64,000 nt of DNA from assembly GCF_006345805.1 (NCBI RefSeq), contig NC_043006.1, positions 84,010,001 through 84,074,000 of the forward strand, given 5' to 3'. This DNA comes from Octopus sinensis. Its lineage: Eukaryota. Below are positions 12,407 to 25,958 of the stretch, in pieces (the stretch's first letter is position 1; each line of letters begins with the position of its first letter). The position numbers and the translations under genes are program-made. The notes beneath the pieces were generated by a model. The model saw nothing but the letters and a program-made list of their open reading frames with translations, was not told the DNA's origin and ran no database searches.

Positions 12407-13575
12407 TTGGGTCATCCCATATATAATGTGGTTTTTTCAATTGCATGTACTAAAAGTCGGAGGGGAACAGGATAAACTACCTGCATCAACTTGCTATAAT
12501 ATCAGGTAGTAATTTTACCTTGTACTTATTCTTAGTGCAAGTTTTGAAGAGTGCAGTTCGATTTTAACAGTTATTTTTCAAAGCTATAATGGAAGTGGTA
12601 AAGGAGCATATTCGGCACATTTTGCTTTATGAGTTCAATAAAGGCAACAATGCAAAGGGAAGTGCGAGGAATATTCTTCACACTATGGGGATTGCATAAT
12701 AAGCATAAGCCAGTGTCAATGGTGGTTCCAGAAATTCCAAGCCGGAAACTAAAGCCTAGAAGACAAGCCTCATCCTCAAAGATCTGTATAGCTTGACAAG
12801 GACATCCTGCAAACTCTGGTGGAACAAAATCCCATCATAACTGTTTGGGAACTAGCAGAGAAGCTTGGTATTGCTCATTCAACCATTCATCAACACCATC
12901 AGAAAAGTCAGCAAATTGAGTCAACGGGTTCCTCACAAACTTTTTGAGTTTAATTGTGTGCAGAGAGTGAATGTGTGCTCTTCTTTGTCAAGCGCTGATG
13001 ACAGTGGGTAGGGAAAGGAGAAACACCAGCACTCCAGGCTAAAGAAGGTCTTTACCAATGTAAGGTGTTGTTATATGAAAGGTTTAGTCCACTTTGAACT
13101 TTTAAATCTAAGCCAAATGATAACAAAGGAGATACATTGCGAGCAGCTAGAAGGAAAACGACCACCTTTTGTTTCAAGACGAAAGGTGTTCTTCCATCAG
13201 GATAATGCTCGGCCACATACAGCGAGAATGACATTCCAAAGGCTGGAGCAGTTTGAATGGGAAACGATACCCAACCCACCGTATTCACCAGACATTGCCC
13301 CATCTGATTATCATTTATTCTGCAGTCTTCAAAATCATTTGGATGGAAAAAATATGAATTCCGTAGATGAGGTCAGAACAGCACTGGAGGAGTATTTTTT
13401 GTCATGCACAAATGAATTTTGGAAGAGGGGCCTAGCAATTCTACCAGATAGATGGAAGTGCATTGTAGAAAATGAAGGAGAGTATATTTTAGATTAAAAA
13501 AGAAATTTGTTTATCTTAATTTTTAAAAATAAAAGAAGTATAAAAAAGCCCCGCATTATTTATGGGATGACCCAA
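12407..13575 (+). mobile_element. Mariner (DD34D) DNA transposon with both TIRs and a decayed transposase
   Basis: TIR TTGGGTCATCCCATA at 12407 and its reverse complement ending at 13575, with TA on both sides. Transposase from ATG 12589 (MEVVKEHIRHILLYEF) with RVPHKL (WVPHEL-like), HQDNARPH and YSPDIAPSDYHLF. It has frameshifts, and the region of the first catalytic Asp appears deleted. Confidence 0.92.
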
Positions 13576-14034
13576 TAGTATAGCAGCAGTAATAATAGCA
13601 TTGGTGGTAGTGGTGGTGGTTGTAATAATAGCAATAGTACTAGTAGTGTCAACACAACCGGATTTGCATAGAATCTAAAAAAAATTTCATTTTATTTATT
13701 TATTTTTTACATACAGTTATTTACATCATGTGATAAGTATGTCATTGCGTCAATTCCGGATTTAACGTATTTATAATGACGTAGAGTTATCTGGAAGTAT
13801 CTCATCCTCCTCCACATCAGGAAAAGCATTTTTGTACACCAATCTGAGTGCACAAAAGCCGACGTCGATGCACATCTCATACTTATGTGTATGCAATCAC
13901 GTATATGTATTCACCTCAATGTACAGTATGTGGATACGTAGAAATATCCATTACTGGTTTCTCAAACATTACTGCTAACATCAAGGACTGGATGACAAAT
14001 AATGTGAGTTCATGGCTGCTTCCTGCACCAGTTT

Positions 14035-14515
14035 CGCATAGCCCCATCCCATCCAAAGTACCTTGGATTGCAGAACGACCTGCTGTGCTTACCTTGGATT
14101 GTAGGGTGATCTGCTGTGCTTGAGGAGACCTATTGAGTCAAGTACATCAAAATAAAAATCAAATGGAAATTGTAGTTGTGATACTTGTGCCAGTGGAACG
14201 TAAAAAGCACCATCTGAACGTGGCTGATACCAGCGCCGCCTTGACTGGCTTCTGTGCCGTTGGTACATAGAAAGCACCAACTGATTGTGGCCACTGCCAG
14301 CCTCCCCTGGCACCTGAGCCGATGGCACGTAAAAAGCACTCACTACACTCACGGAGTGGTTGGCGTTAGGAAGGGCAGCCAGCAGCAGAAGCACTGCCAG
14401 ATCAGACTGGAGCCTGGTGCAGGCTCCTGGCTTCCCAGACCCTGGTCGAACCGTCCAACCCCGTGCTAGCACGGAAAACGGACATTAAATGATGATGATG
14501 ATGATGATGGTGATG
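14035..14515 (+). mobile_element. Repeat family D with internal ~60-70 bp subrepeats and (GAT)n tail (RTE-like 3' end). Relatives: 4508-4852(-), 16422-16805, 17800-18095, 49200-49400, 51100-51260(-), 60720-60830
   Basis: Shared GGCACGTAAAAAGCAC subrepeats and terminus GGAAAACGGACGTTAAACGATGATGAT. Confidence 0.75.
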
Positions 14516-15970
14516 ATATGTCCTTCACAAAGGCCTTTAGTAAACATATAATCCTTTCTGTTTCTTACCGAAAGCACAAGACCTATTTTCAGGGAGTTGG
14601 TAAGTCAATCAAAGTGACTCCAGTGATCAATTGGTACTAGTTTTATTGACTCTGAAAGGATGAAATACAAATTCCACCAAAGCGAGATTTGTAAAGGGCC
14701 AGGAGTAATGCTGAAAATCATTTTGTCCAGCGTGGGGATGATTCTACCAGCTCGCTGTCTTAATAATAATAATAATAATCCTTTCTATCATAGGCAGAAG
14801 GCCTGAAATTTTGGGGGTGGGGTTGGGATTAGATGATTACATCGACCCCAGTGTTTCACTGGTATTTGATTTACCGACCCTGAAAGAACTAAAAGTAAAG
14901 TCGACCTCGGTGAATTTGAACTCCGAAAGGACGAAAGGCAAAGTCGACCTCGGCGGAATTTGAACTCAGAACGTAACGGCAGACAAAATACCTATTTGTT
15001 TACTACCCACAAGGGGCTAAACACAGAAAGGACAAACAAGGACAGACAAATGGATTAAGTCGATTATATCGACCCCAGTGTGTAACTGGTACTTATTTAA
15101 TCGACTCCGAAAGGATGAAAGGAAAAGTCAACCTTGGCGGAATTTGAACTCAGAAAGTAGCAGCAGACAAAATACCGCTAAGCATTTCACCCAGTGCGGT
15201 AACAATTCTGCCAACTCACTGCCTTTATAATGATGATGATGGTTTCAAATTTTGACACAAGGCCAGCAATTTCAGGGAGGGGAGCACTCAACTTGTACTT
15301 ATTTTATTGACCTCGAAAGGATGAAAGGCAAAGTTGACCTTGCGAAATTTGAATTCAGAACGTAAAGACGGAAGAAATACTGTTAAACATTTTGCCCAGT
15401 ATGCTAATGATTCTGCCAGCTCGCCACCTTGATATCATAATAATCCTTTCTACAATAGGCAAGAGGCATTCAATGAAACTGTGGGTAGGGAAAACAATCT
15501 TAATGGGTGATGAGCGGATAACAAGTGAAACTTAATCCAGTCGGGATGTCACTGTCATCACTTCCGATCAGTTTACTCCAATTTTTTTTTTTTGAATCCC
15601 CTAAACTGCATTACGCTTAAATCCCTTAACTGCTTATGGCACACCCAGGTGACTCTCTAAGTTACTGGTACCTCTGTCTCTGTACTGTAATACACATTAC
15701 TTGCTGCCATGGTGTTTTCTCATGCCAGATATTCATACATCTAAGTAAAAATGTCATCATTTACTCAAAGAACACAGACGTTGTACATGTCTCAAAAAGA
15801 ACATGTGTATTTGTTGTTTGTTTTTTTTTTCTCCCTCTTTTTTCCACCTGACCATCCCTGCCACTGCCTAATCTCGACATAGTTCATTTTTCTCTGTAAG
15901 TGAATGTTGACACATATAAAGATATATTTACATAGAATTTGCAAGCATGAATAACTAAAATTCCTACACC

Positions 15971-16081
15971 TTTCTTCTTCTTCTTCTTCTTCTTCTTCTT
16001 CTTCTTCTTCTTCTTCTTCTTCTTCTTCTTCTTCTTCTTCCTCCTCCTCCTCCTCCTCCTCCTCCTCCTCCTCCTCCTCCT
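15971..16081. repeat. (TTC)n-(TCC)n trinucleotide microsatellite
   Basis: Direct reading. Confidence 0.95.
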
Positions 16082-18140
16082 TCAGTATGAGTGCTTTCAT
16101 GTGTGTGTGTGTGTGTGTGCACACATGCGCATCTTTGAGAGAGAGACTGTGTGTGTGTAAGTATTTTTGTTATGCAAATTGAACAATTAGATTTGTTTTC
16201 AGGTCTGGGCCACCTTGTGAATAACTTTCCACAAGGAATGAATCTTGGCTGAATTTACAAATCCATTGTCAATTGTAAATGAACAAATAAATAAATAAAC
16301 GGAAGGTAGTTAGCTTTTAATGGGGATTGGAGTAACTGGTTTCATTTCTATTTAACAAATCATCAGGGATTGCATAAATTGTGTCTTATTTACATGTATG
16401 TAACCTCAGTGTAAAATTACATCCATGTGCCGGTGGCATATAAAAAGCACCAACCGTCCGTGGCTGTTGCCAGCCTACCCTGGCACCTGTGCCGGTGGCA
16501 TGTGAAAAGCACCATCCATACGTGGCTGATGCCAGCGCCGCCTTGACTGGCTTCTGTGTTGGTGGCACATAAAAACCACCAACTGATTGTGGCCGTTGCC
16601 AGCCTCCCCTGGCACCTATGCTGGTGGCACGTAAAAAGCACCCACTACACTCACAGAGTGCTTGGCATTAGGAAGGGCATCAAGCTGTAGAAACACTGCC
16701 AGATCAGACTGGAGCCTGGTGCAGCCTCCTGGTTTCCCAGACCCCGGTCGAACCATCCAACCCATGCTAGCATGGAAAACGGACGTTAAACGATGATGAT
16801 GATGGTAGGGTTTTTTTATTGGTAGCTAGCTTTTAATGAACATCGAGCTGACTGCTTTTATCCTCATTTAATAACTCATCAGGTATAGCACTTTTCACTG
16901 TCCAAGATGGTGAGATGAAGTAGCAGAAGAATCATTTCTGTATTGGTACAAACAGCTCTGGATCTGGACTTCGTGAGACCTTAAGCTATATGAAAGTTGG
17001 AGGTCCTTTTTTAAAATGTTACAAAAATCACAAGCACTAAAAATCTGAGACATAATTGCCCTTTAATTATTCTGAAACTCCTGTGTATTGTGAGGCCTTA
17101 TAGCTGCAGCTTGTTTCACTGACCCCTAAATCTAGCACTGGATACAAGGCTGACTGTCTGATAATACTGATTTCAAATTTTGGCACAAGGCCAGCGATTT
17201 CAGGGTAGTGGGTAGGTCGATTAAATCGATTCCAGTGCTCATCTGGCACTTATTTTATCGACCCTGAAAGGATGAAAGGCAAAGTCGACCTAGTGGAATT
17301 TGAACCCGGATGTAAAGACGGACGAAATGCTGCTAGGTCTGATAATATAAATTATTTATGTGCAGCAAGTTGTTACCAGGGCTTTCTTAAAAACATTATG
17401 ACCCCCACCCCAACTCCAACCCGGGAAAATCAGTTCGCTGAGCCCTGTAGTATTTATTTATTGATAGCAAGCCACTGCATACATAAATCTGAATTAGGTC
17501 CCTAGACCCTTGAAACCCCTGGGCAACTGCCCAGAGTGCCCGTACCATAAACTGGCTGATTTCTATGCAGCATTTCTTTTATTCTTTTACTTGTTTCAGT
17601 CATTTGGCTGTGACCATGCTGCAGCACTGCTTTAAAGGGTTTTTGTTGAACAAATCAACCCCAGAATATGTTCTTTGTAAACCTAGTACTTATTCTATCA
17701 ATTTCTTTTGCCTAACCGCTAAGTTATGGGGATGTAAACGCAATGGTGGGGGAACAAACACAATGACACACACACATACACACCCAAGTGCATATATACG
17801 GATCGTTACCAGCATCGCCTTACTGGCACCTGTGCCGTATGCTTAAAAAAAATTTTATTAAATTCGAGCGTGGTCGTTGGCAGTACCGCCTGACTGGCCC
17901 CCCATGCCAGTAGTACATAAAAGCACCCGCTACACTCTCGGAGTGGCTGGTGTTAGGAAGGGCATCCAGCCGTAGAAACTCTGCCAGGTCAAGACTGGAG
18001 CCTGGTGCAGCCATCTGGTTCGTCAGTCCTCAGTCAAATCGTCCAACCCATGCTAGTATGGAAAGCGGACGTTAAACGATGATGATGATGATGATATATA
18101 TGTTAGGGAGAGAGAGAGAGATAAATATGCATATACATAG

Positions 18141-18185
<45 letters not shown>

Positions 18186-18299
18186 ATCCAAACAAGAAAA
18201 CAGAAAAAAAGAGAGAAAAAAAAAACAAAAAAAACACAGCAACGCAGGACGTGAAACAATTAAAGTATTATTTGACGCTCAGGAAAGAAGGGAAGGAGG

Positions 18300-18334
18300 G
18301 TTTAACGTTTCAAGCGGAGCTCTTCGTCAGAAAC
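18300..18334 (-). ncRNA. Minimal hammerhead ribozyme motif, second copy
   Basis: Minus strand GTTT-CTGACGA-A-GAGC-TCC-GCTT-GAAACGTT-AAAC; P1 GTTT/AAAC, and P2 closes with G-U. Confidence 0.65.
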
Positions 18335-19215
18335 AAGGAGAAGGGAAGACAGAGGAAAAAATATTTGAATATATATATACATACATACATATATACATAT
18401 ATATATATATGACGGGCTTCTTTCAGTTTCCGTCTACCAAATCCACTCACAAGGTGGCCACGCAGTGAGACTGAACCCAGAAGCATGAGGCTGGGAAGCA
18501 AGCTTCTTACCACATACAGCCACACTCTTGCTAAAACATTATGCATAACATCCGTGTGAAGGTCTGCTCTGTGTAAATATCAATTTATTTACATATGTTT
18601 CAAGGAGTATTAATAGAACATTAGTGTGTTTTGTCATACAATGAATAACTTTGCAAGAATGCTTTTGCTGTAATGAGTAATATCAGGAAATATAGCATAC
18701 ATACAGTATTTATAATTTAACTTTTAAGAGATGATGATGTCATTAAGACCCAAGGGTGTCAGGTAATGCTGAATAAGTGCTATAGACAGACCATAGTTAA
18801 GTTCCAGATTCGGTAATTTTGTGAATAAGGGGTTCGATGCTGGTTCTATGTCAGCGTGTGTATATAAGAATTTTTTGTGTAATGAGATAAAAAAACCAAG
18901 GCTGTGTAGATATTAGAACATTTATAGATAGAAGGTCTTACAGTTAGTTTAGATGTGATACAAAATAGAGAGTGAGGTGGAGGAAAGAAAATAGATGCAA
19001 GATGTGTAGGGATATTAAAGTTGTAGATCCACTATTTAAAAAAAAATTTTTTTTTTTTTTTTTTAGGCTGAATGGTATGAGTAAAGTCCAAAAGCCCAAC
19101 AGAGTTTAAAATGGGTCCTTCCAAATATAGAGTTTATACACAATGTAAGATTCCTTTATGAGTGAGATCCAGTAGTTTTTAAACTCGGTCATTCCCAGTA
19201 GAGAATTTATACATA

Positions 19216-19632
19216 GGCGCAGGAGTGGCTGTGTGGTAAGTAGCTTGCTAACCAACCACATGGTTCCGGGTTCAGTCCCACTGCGTGGCATCTTGGGCAA
19301 GTGTCTTCTGCTATAGCCCCGGGCCGACCAAAGCCTTGTGAGTGGATTTGGTAGACGGAAACTGAAAGAAGCCTGTTGTATATATGTATATATATATGTA
19401 TATATGTATGTATGTGTGTGTGTTTGTGTGTCTGTGTTTGTCCCCCTAGCATTGCTTGACAACCGATGCTGGTGTGTTTATGTCCCCGTCACTTAGCGGT
19501 TCGGCAAAAGAGACCGATAGAATAAGTACTGGGCTTACAAAGAATGTCCCGGGGTCAATTTGCTTGACTAGAAGGCGGTGCTCCAGCATGGCCGCAGTCA
19601 AATGACTGAAACAAGTAAAAGAGTAAAGAGAG
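19216..19632 (+). mobile_element. Full-length tRNA-derived SINE, family A. Other copies or fragments: about 500-700, 2614-2870, 6109-6270, 8830-9250(-), 9415-9830, 17555-17790(-), 18410-18530(-), 21070-21430(-), 23380-23550(-), 28875-29020, 44550-44880(-), 51300-51500(-), 52960-53230(-), 57910-58075, 59610-59765, 63900-64000
   Basis: Pol III A box TGGCTGTGTGG, B box GGGTTCAGTCC, CORE-like CCTTGGGCAAGTG, internal microsatellite and tail ACAAGTAAAAGAG; many dispersed copies. Confidence 0.85.
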
Positions 19633-20272
19633 AGTGTTGCAGAGTCGGAATGATGAAATGAATAGTAATTTTCAAAAGAAAAAAGGTTTATTACTCCTTT
19701 ACTCTTTTACTTGTTTCAGTCATTTGACTGCGGCCATGCTGGAGCACTGCCTCAAAATAGAAATAAATAAAACAAAATTCTCATTTTTATATTGAATTGG
19801 ATTTCCTATGTTCAGTTTACTGCAGGATGAAGGTCTCAGCATGTTCTCTCTACCAACCATGGTCTGATGTGGAGGCCGTGAATTTGAGCTTGAGAGCATA
19901 ATGGTTTGAGGAGCCTACTCTGGCACACTGGCACGATGTGGCTTGGCAGAGAGATGCAGTCTTTTATATTCATATCCAGAAGTAGTTAAGATGATTACAT
20001 TGACTCGTCCTCAACTGGTACTTATTTTATCGACTCTCGAAAGGGTGAAAGGCAAAGTCAACCTCAGAGAAATTTGAACTAGCAACGTAAAGGCGGACAA
20101 AATACTGCTAAGCATTTCGGCTGGTGTGCTAACGAATCTGCTGGCTAGCCATCTTATCTTTTTGTACATCTGCAATAACCACATGCCGATATTTTCTAAA
20201 TTTTATCAACATAATTGTATTCCATGCGCATTTTTCAGAAAGTTATAATATTCATCTTGTACTTCTTGTATT

Positions 20273-20274
<2 letters not shown>

Positions 20275-20337
<63 letters not shown>

Positions 20338-20345
20338 CTCTCTCC
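20275..20345. repeat. (CT)n microsatellite
   Basis: Direct reading. Confidence 0.95.
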
Positions 20346-21449
20346 ATCTATCTATCTATCTCTCTCCCATGTCTATATACCATGTAAAACCTGAGTGTAG
20401 AATTCAACCAACCAACAAACAAACATTTATATTGGCTATTATTAAATAGATTCCCGTCAAAGAGAAAGTAAAAAAGGGCAGCTATCACCCACAAATGTTT
20501 GTAGATTAGTAACAGGTACCAGTTATGCACTGGGGTCGACATAAACGACTTAATCCCTTTCTCTGTCTTTGTTTGTCCCCTCTATGTTTAGCCCTCTGTG
20601 TGCAATAAAGCAATAAAAAATTTTAAAATCAGTTGTTACACTGTCTCTGTCGAGTAAAAGGGAGCAACAGGAAACAAAGTACATTTTGGACCTCCAGGTC
20701 TAGAAATTGAAACCCATGACATTATGATCCCGAACCAAATACCCTAACAATTAGGCCACAGGCTTTCAATTTCCAAAAACAAGACTGAATTGTCGAGATC
20801 GGAGACGTATAAGAAATAAAAGTAATAAAAATGTAAGGGAATAAGAAATGGACTGACTCAGTCAAAATGATTACTTGACAACATGGGAAGAATAAAGCAG
20901 TGTTATAAGGAAAGGTATGTTTATATAACATATAAATAGGTAGATTGTGTTTGCAGTATATAGCTTCTTCCTTATGACAACAAAAACCTTCATGCATTTG
21001 AGAAACGATATATATACTTGTGTGTGTGTGTGTGTGTGTGCATAGGTGTGTGTGTGTGTGTATTATCTTTTACTGGTTTCAGTTATTGGACTGCAGCCAT
21101 GCTGGTGCACCGCCTTCAAGAGTATTATTCAAATGAGTCGATTCCAGTACTTACTTTTAACACCTGATATTTATTTTAATGCTCTGAACCACTGAGATTC
21201 GGGCAGTCAAATGGTGAGGGGGACAAACACGAAGACACACGCATATAAAAGAGCCAGTTCTATACACACACATACACACACACAATGGGTTTGTTTCTGT
21301 ACCAAATCCACTCACAAGGCTTTGGTCAACTCGTAGCTATAGTAGAAGACAGTTACCCCAAATGCCATGCAGTGGGACTGAAACTTAAATGATGTGGTTG
21401 GCAAGCAAGCTTTTTGCCACACAGCCATAAACAGGTGTCACATACACAC

Positions 21450-21480
<31 letters not shown>

Positions 21481-21484
21481 CATA

Positions 21485-22460
21485 AGCAGAAGACTACACA
21501 TGGATATGTTAGTATGTTAGTAGAAAACTTCGGGATAATAATAACATCGATCATCAAAGCAGTTTATCATGAACCAATAGCCGGATTACAATCTCCCACT
21601 TTGAAGGGTATACGTTTGCAATCCAGGAAATATCAAACAAGTACCTGATCCACAAAAGAGATAGTGATGCAGGAAAAGCAGTAAAATGTGACAACCGATA
21701 CAGACTTTGTGGAGTTCACAATGAAGATATCACCCACATCATAAGCAGTTGTCCGAAAATGTAATCAGGTATTATCTACCAATAAGACATGACGTTGTAG
21801 CTAGGACATTCTATAATGAAGTTCGTCAGAAGGATAATCCTGAACCCAAAGAAATAAGAACCCACAATATGGTAGAAGCCATAGCCACTCATAATAAAAA
21901 GGAATACTGGTGGAATGTCCCAGTGAAGACCTCAATAAAATGTAAGCACAACACACCTGATATAATGATTTGGGATTGAGAAGAGAAACTGTGTACAGTT
22001 GTGGAAATTAGCTGCCCACTGGATGTTAATACAAAGCTGAAGATCAATGAAAAAGAGAACACCTATGCTGAACTATTGAGAAATCTACAGTTACTCTATT
22101 GATACTACAAGTTCAGGTTTATACCTGTAATTATTGGAGCCCTGGGATATGCAACACATTATCTAAATACCAATCTTGAGAAATTAGGCTTCTCAAAACC
22201 AGAAACGAGAAAGCTAATTCGAAGACTACAGATCCAATCCATCACTGGAACTGTGAAAATCTGTAAAACTTTCTGGAAGTTTATCATTTAAATACATACA
22301 TACATACATACATACATACATACATACATACATACATACATACATACATACAAAAATACCCTGTTGTTGATGTTGAAATTCCAATGAAGGGACATTGGAT
22401 CTACGTTAGAAACCAGTTATTTTTCTATTGGCAAAAAATCTTGAAACAAACTGAACAATG
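21485..22460 (+). mobile_element. 3' fragment of an R4/Dong-like non-LTR retrotransposon with restriction-like endonuclease
   Basis: Remnants KCDNR.RLCG..NEDITHIISSCPK (CCHC knuckle), RHDVVAR, WWNVPVKT, NTPDIMIWD, VVEISCP and EK...YAELLRNLQ (PD-(D/E)xK), with stops. (CATA)n at both ends. The extent beyond 22290 is inferred. Confidence 0.85.
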
Positions 22461-22471
22461 ACATACATACA

Positions 22472-22506
<35 letters not shown>

Positions 22507-22990
22507 ATGTATGTATGTATGTATGTATGTATGTATAGCAGATGCAACAGAATGACTCAATGGCTGAGAGTTTCATGCGCTAGCATTTATCAAATATTAA
22601 AAATATTACTAAAAGGCATACATGTACTCATGTTTTGAGTTATGATTTCCTGTTTGCCCCACCAAACCTATATATATATATATATATATATATACACTCA
22701 GTCACAAACACACGCGTGCGCGCGCTTACACACACTGGAAGTAAAAAGGGATTAAAGAATCCAGGCAACTACTTTATAAGCACTCTGTTTGTATCAAACC
22801 CGGCTAACAAAATTGTACTTTGAATATCACTGTCACAATAATCCAGAGTTTTCATTGTGGCTTTTTCAGGTATGCTGTTCTATTTGAAACGTTCGTAGCT
22901 TATAAATCATAAATCTCCATTCGTTTCTTTTACATGCACGCACAGACACAGACACAGACAGATAGACAGACAGACACACATACACACTCA

Positions 22991-23025
<35 letters not shown>

Positions 23026-23277
23026 GCCAATACCTACACACATAATCACACGTTTATTAGTCTCCGGGGAAGGTTTTCCACTTGCACACTGAGCAATTCA
23101 TATGGTTCCACACGCAAGAAGCTATTTAAATGCTTTCTGCAATAAAAACACACTTCATATAAATGGCTGTGAGGAAGTTATAAGATGTCACACGAGCACT
23201 CAGCACTGAGTGCAATATTTCTTATGGTGGAAGCCAGGAAAGTGATGTATGTGTGTGCACGCGCGCATGTGTGTGTA

Positions 23278-23330
<53 letters not shown>

Positions 23331-24369
23331 ATGTATATACACATATATATATGTATACATATATATGTATGTATATATATATTCTTTCATTCTTTTCCTT
23401 GTTTCAGTCAGTTGACTGTGGCCATGCTGGGGCACCGCCTTTAGTTGAACAAATCGATCCCAGGACTTATTCTTAGTAAGCCTAGTACTTATTCTATCGG
23501 TCTCTTTAGCCGAGTCGCTAAGTTACGGGTATGTAAACACATCAACATTAGGTTTATATATATATATATATAGGAAAAGGGACAGAGAGAGAGAGAGAGA
23601 GAGTGAGACGCATATGTGTACCCATACATATCTACATATATGTATGTATCTATCTACGTATGCATGTATGTATGATGTACATGCATATTTATGTATGTAT
23701 GCATGTGCGTGTGCGTATGTACGTACGTATGTATGTTTGTATATATGTATATGTATGTATGTGCGTATGTATGTGTTTGCATGAATGTATGTGTTTGCAT
23801 GCATGTATGTATGGATGTGCGTATGTATGTATGTATGTATGTATGGATGGATGGATGGATGGATGGATGGATGTGCGTATGTATGTATGTATGTATGTAT
23901 GTATGTATGTATGTATGTATGTATTAGACATTTATTTCGGCTTCGTTTCTCTTTCCTTCTCTCTCTGCATCTCCCGAACTCCTTCCTCTCTTTTTCCTGA
24001 CTTTTTATTCGTTAATTCACGCACTTCCTTCACTCACCGATCGATCTTACCGCCTCTACCAACCCCTTCGCTCGCAAGCATTTGGGTTACTTCCAGTATC
24101 TTCCACTGAACCGGGAAAACTAGTCCAGATATGAAGATGAAATAAAAGATAAAGTCAAATATAATAAAATTAATGCCGTTTCCTAAATTATGAACTTAAA
24201 CAAGCATCTCAGTACCACACACACATACATAAATACGCACACTGTTACGCACATATACACACATATACGTATATGTATGTACGCATATACGCGAATGATT
24301 GGTATGTATGTATGTGTGATTAGTATGTGTGTGTATGTGTATCTGTGTGTGTGTGAAGTGTGTATGTTC

Positions 24370-24909
24370 CCACCTATCTACCTGTCTACATACATACGTA
24401 CATACATACATACATACATACGTACGTACGTACATACACACATACATACATACATACATACATACATACATACATACATACATACATACATACGTACATA
24501 CATACATACATACAACATACATACATACATACATACATACATACAACATACATACATACATACATACAACATACATACATACATACATATATACATATAT
24601 ATATACATACATACATACATACATACATACGTACATACATACGTACATACAACATACATACATACATACATACATACAACATACATACATACAACATACA
24701 TACATACATACATACATACAACATACATACAACATACATACATACGTACATACAACATACATACATACATACATACATACATACATACATACATACAACA
24801 TACATACATACAACATACATACATACGTACATACAACATACATACATACATACATACAACATACATACATACATACATACATACATACATACATACATAC
24901 ATACATACA

Positions 24910-24940
<31 letters not shown>
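24370..24940. repeat. Long (TACA)n microsatellite with TACAACA variants
   Basis: Direct reading. Confidence 0.95.
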
Positions 24941-25179
24941 CCTTCTCAGTTATAGATCTGTAAGCATTCTGGTATACCGCCTTCAACTGTTATAGTTAAA
25001 CCGTACTTATTTGACTCTGGTACATATTTTGTCGACCTCTATTGATTCGCTAAGTTGTACTTTTCAACATAAAAACACATCGTGATGCATCAGTAAATAA
25101 ATACACACACATCTCTGTCTGTCTGTATGTATGCATGCATGTCTGTCTGCCTGCCTGCCTCTTTATCCATCTGTCCGCC

Positions 25180-25193
25180 TGTTTATCTATCTG

Positions 25194-25263
<70 letters not shown>

Positions 25264-25264
25264 C

Positions 25265-25295
<31 letters not shown>

Positions 25296-25300
25296 CATCC
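25180..25300. repeat. (TATC)n microsatellite
   Basis: Direct reading. Confidence 0.95.
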
Positions 25301-25958
25301 ATCTTTCTATCTCCTCGAGCAATCAGCCTGTCTGTGTGTCTGTTTATCTGTCTGTCTCTGTCTATCGCGTGGAGTTACTATTTCTTTTACTTCATATCTG
25401 TTACACACGTTTCTTTGATCGATAATTAAGATCGATAAGCAACGGTAAATTCTAAATACAATTTCTGAAGATCATTCGTCTAAAATAAAGGAAATACCGA
25501 CTTCATGCTTCATGTTTCTCTCTGATGCTAGATGAGTTCTTCATATCATGTAATGGCTATATCATAATTGTTTGAACTTCACCTGGGTCGTGTAAAAGTG
25601 GGAGTTTAACGCAGGATCCATCAAGAACAGCAACGTATACAGTAAATATATTGCATCCGTTTATACTTGTATGTATGTGTAGCGTATGTATGTATGTATC
25701 AAAGGTACATGAAGCCCGGTTACAACTACAGCCGGCTATTACCGGTAAAAATTTTAGTTGCCAATTCTGTACAAGACATTGTAGATCTTTAGCTGGGCTA
25801 AAAAGTCACATTCGATCACAGCACCAGTAACAGTTAAGCTTCGTGCAATGGCCATACTCGATAACGAGGGGGCAGCCATAATGTATGTATGTATGTATGT
25901 ATGCATGTATGTATGTATGTATGTATGTATGTATGTATGTATGTATGTATAGTGAAAC

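Noticed and set aside
15792-16124. Poly-Glu ORF
   Set aside because: It is a (GAA)/(GGA) microsatellite with no flanking coding context.
19216-19290. tRNA genes at SINE heads
   Set aside because: A and B boxes are present, but there is no complete cloverleaf and each continues into a SINE body.
20883-20914. Putative first coding exon ATG...GAAAG|GTATGT (MGRIKQCYKE)
   Set aside because: There is a good donor and start context, but it is too short, has no homology, and has no supported partner exon.
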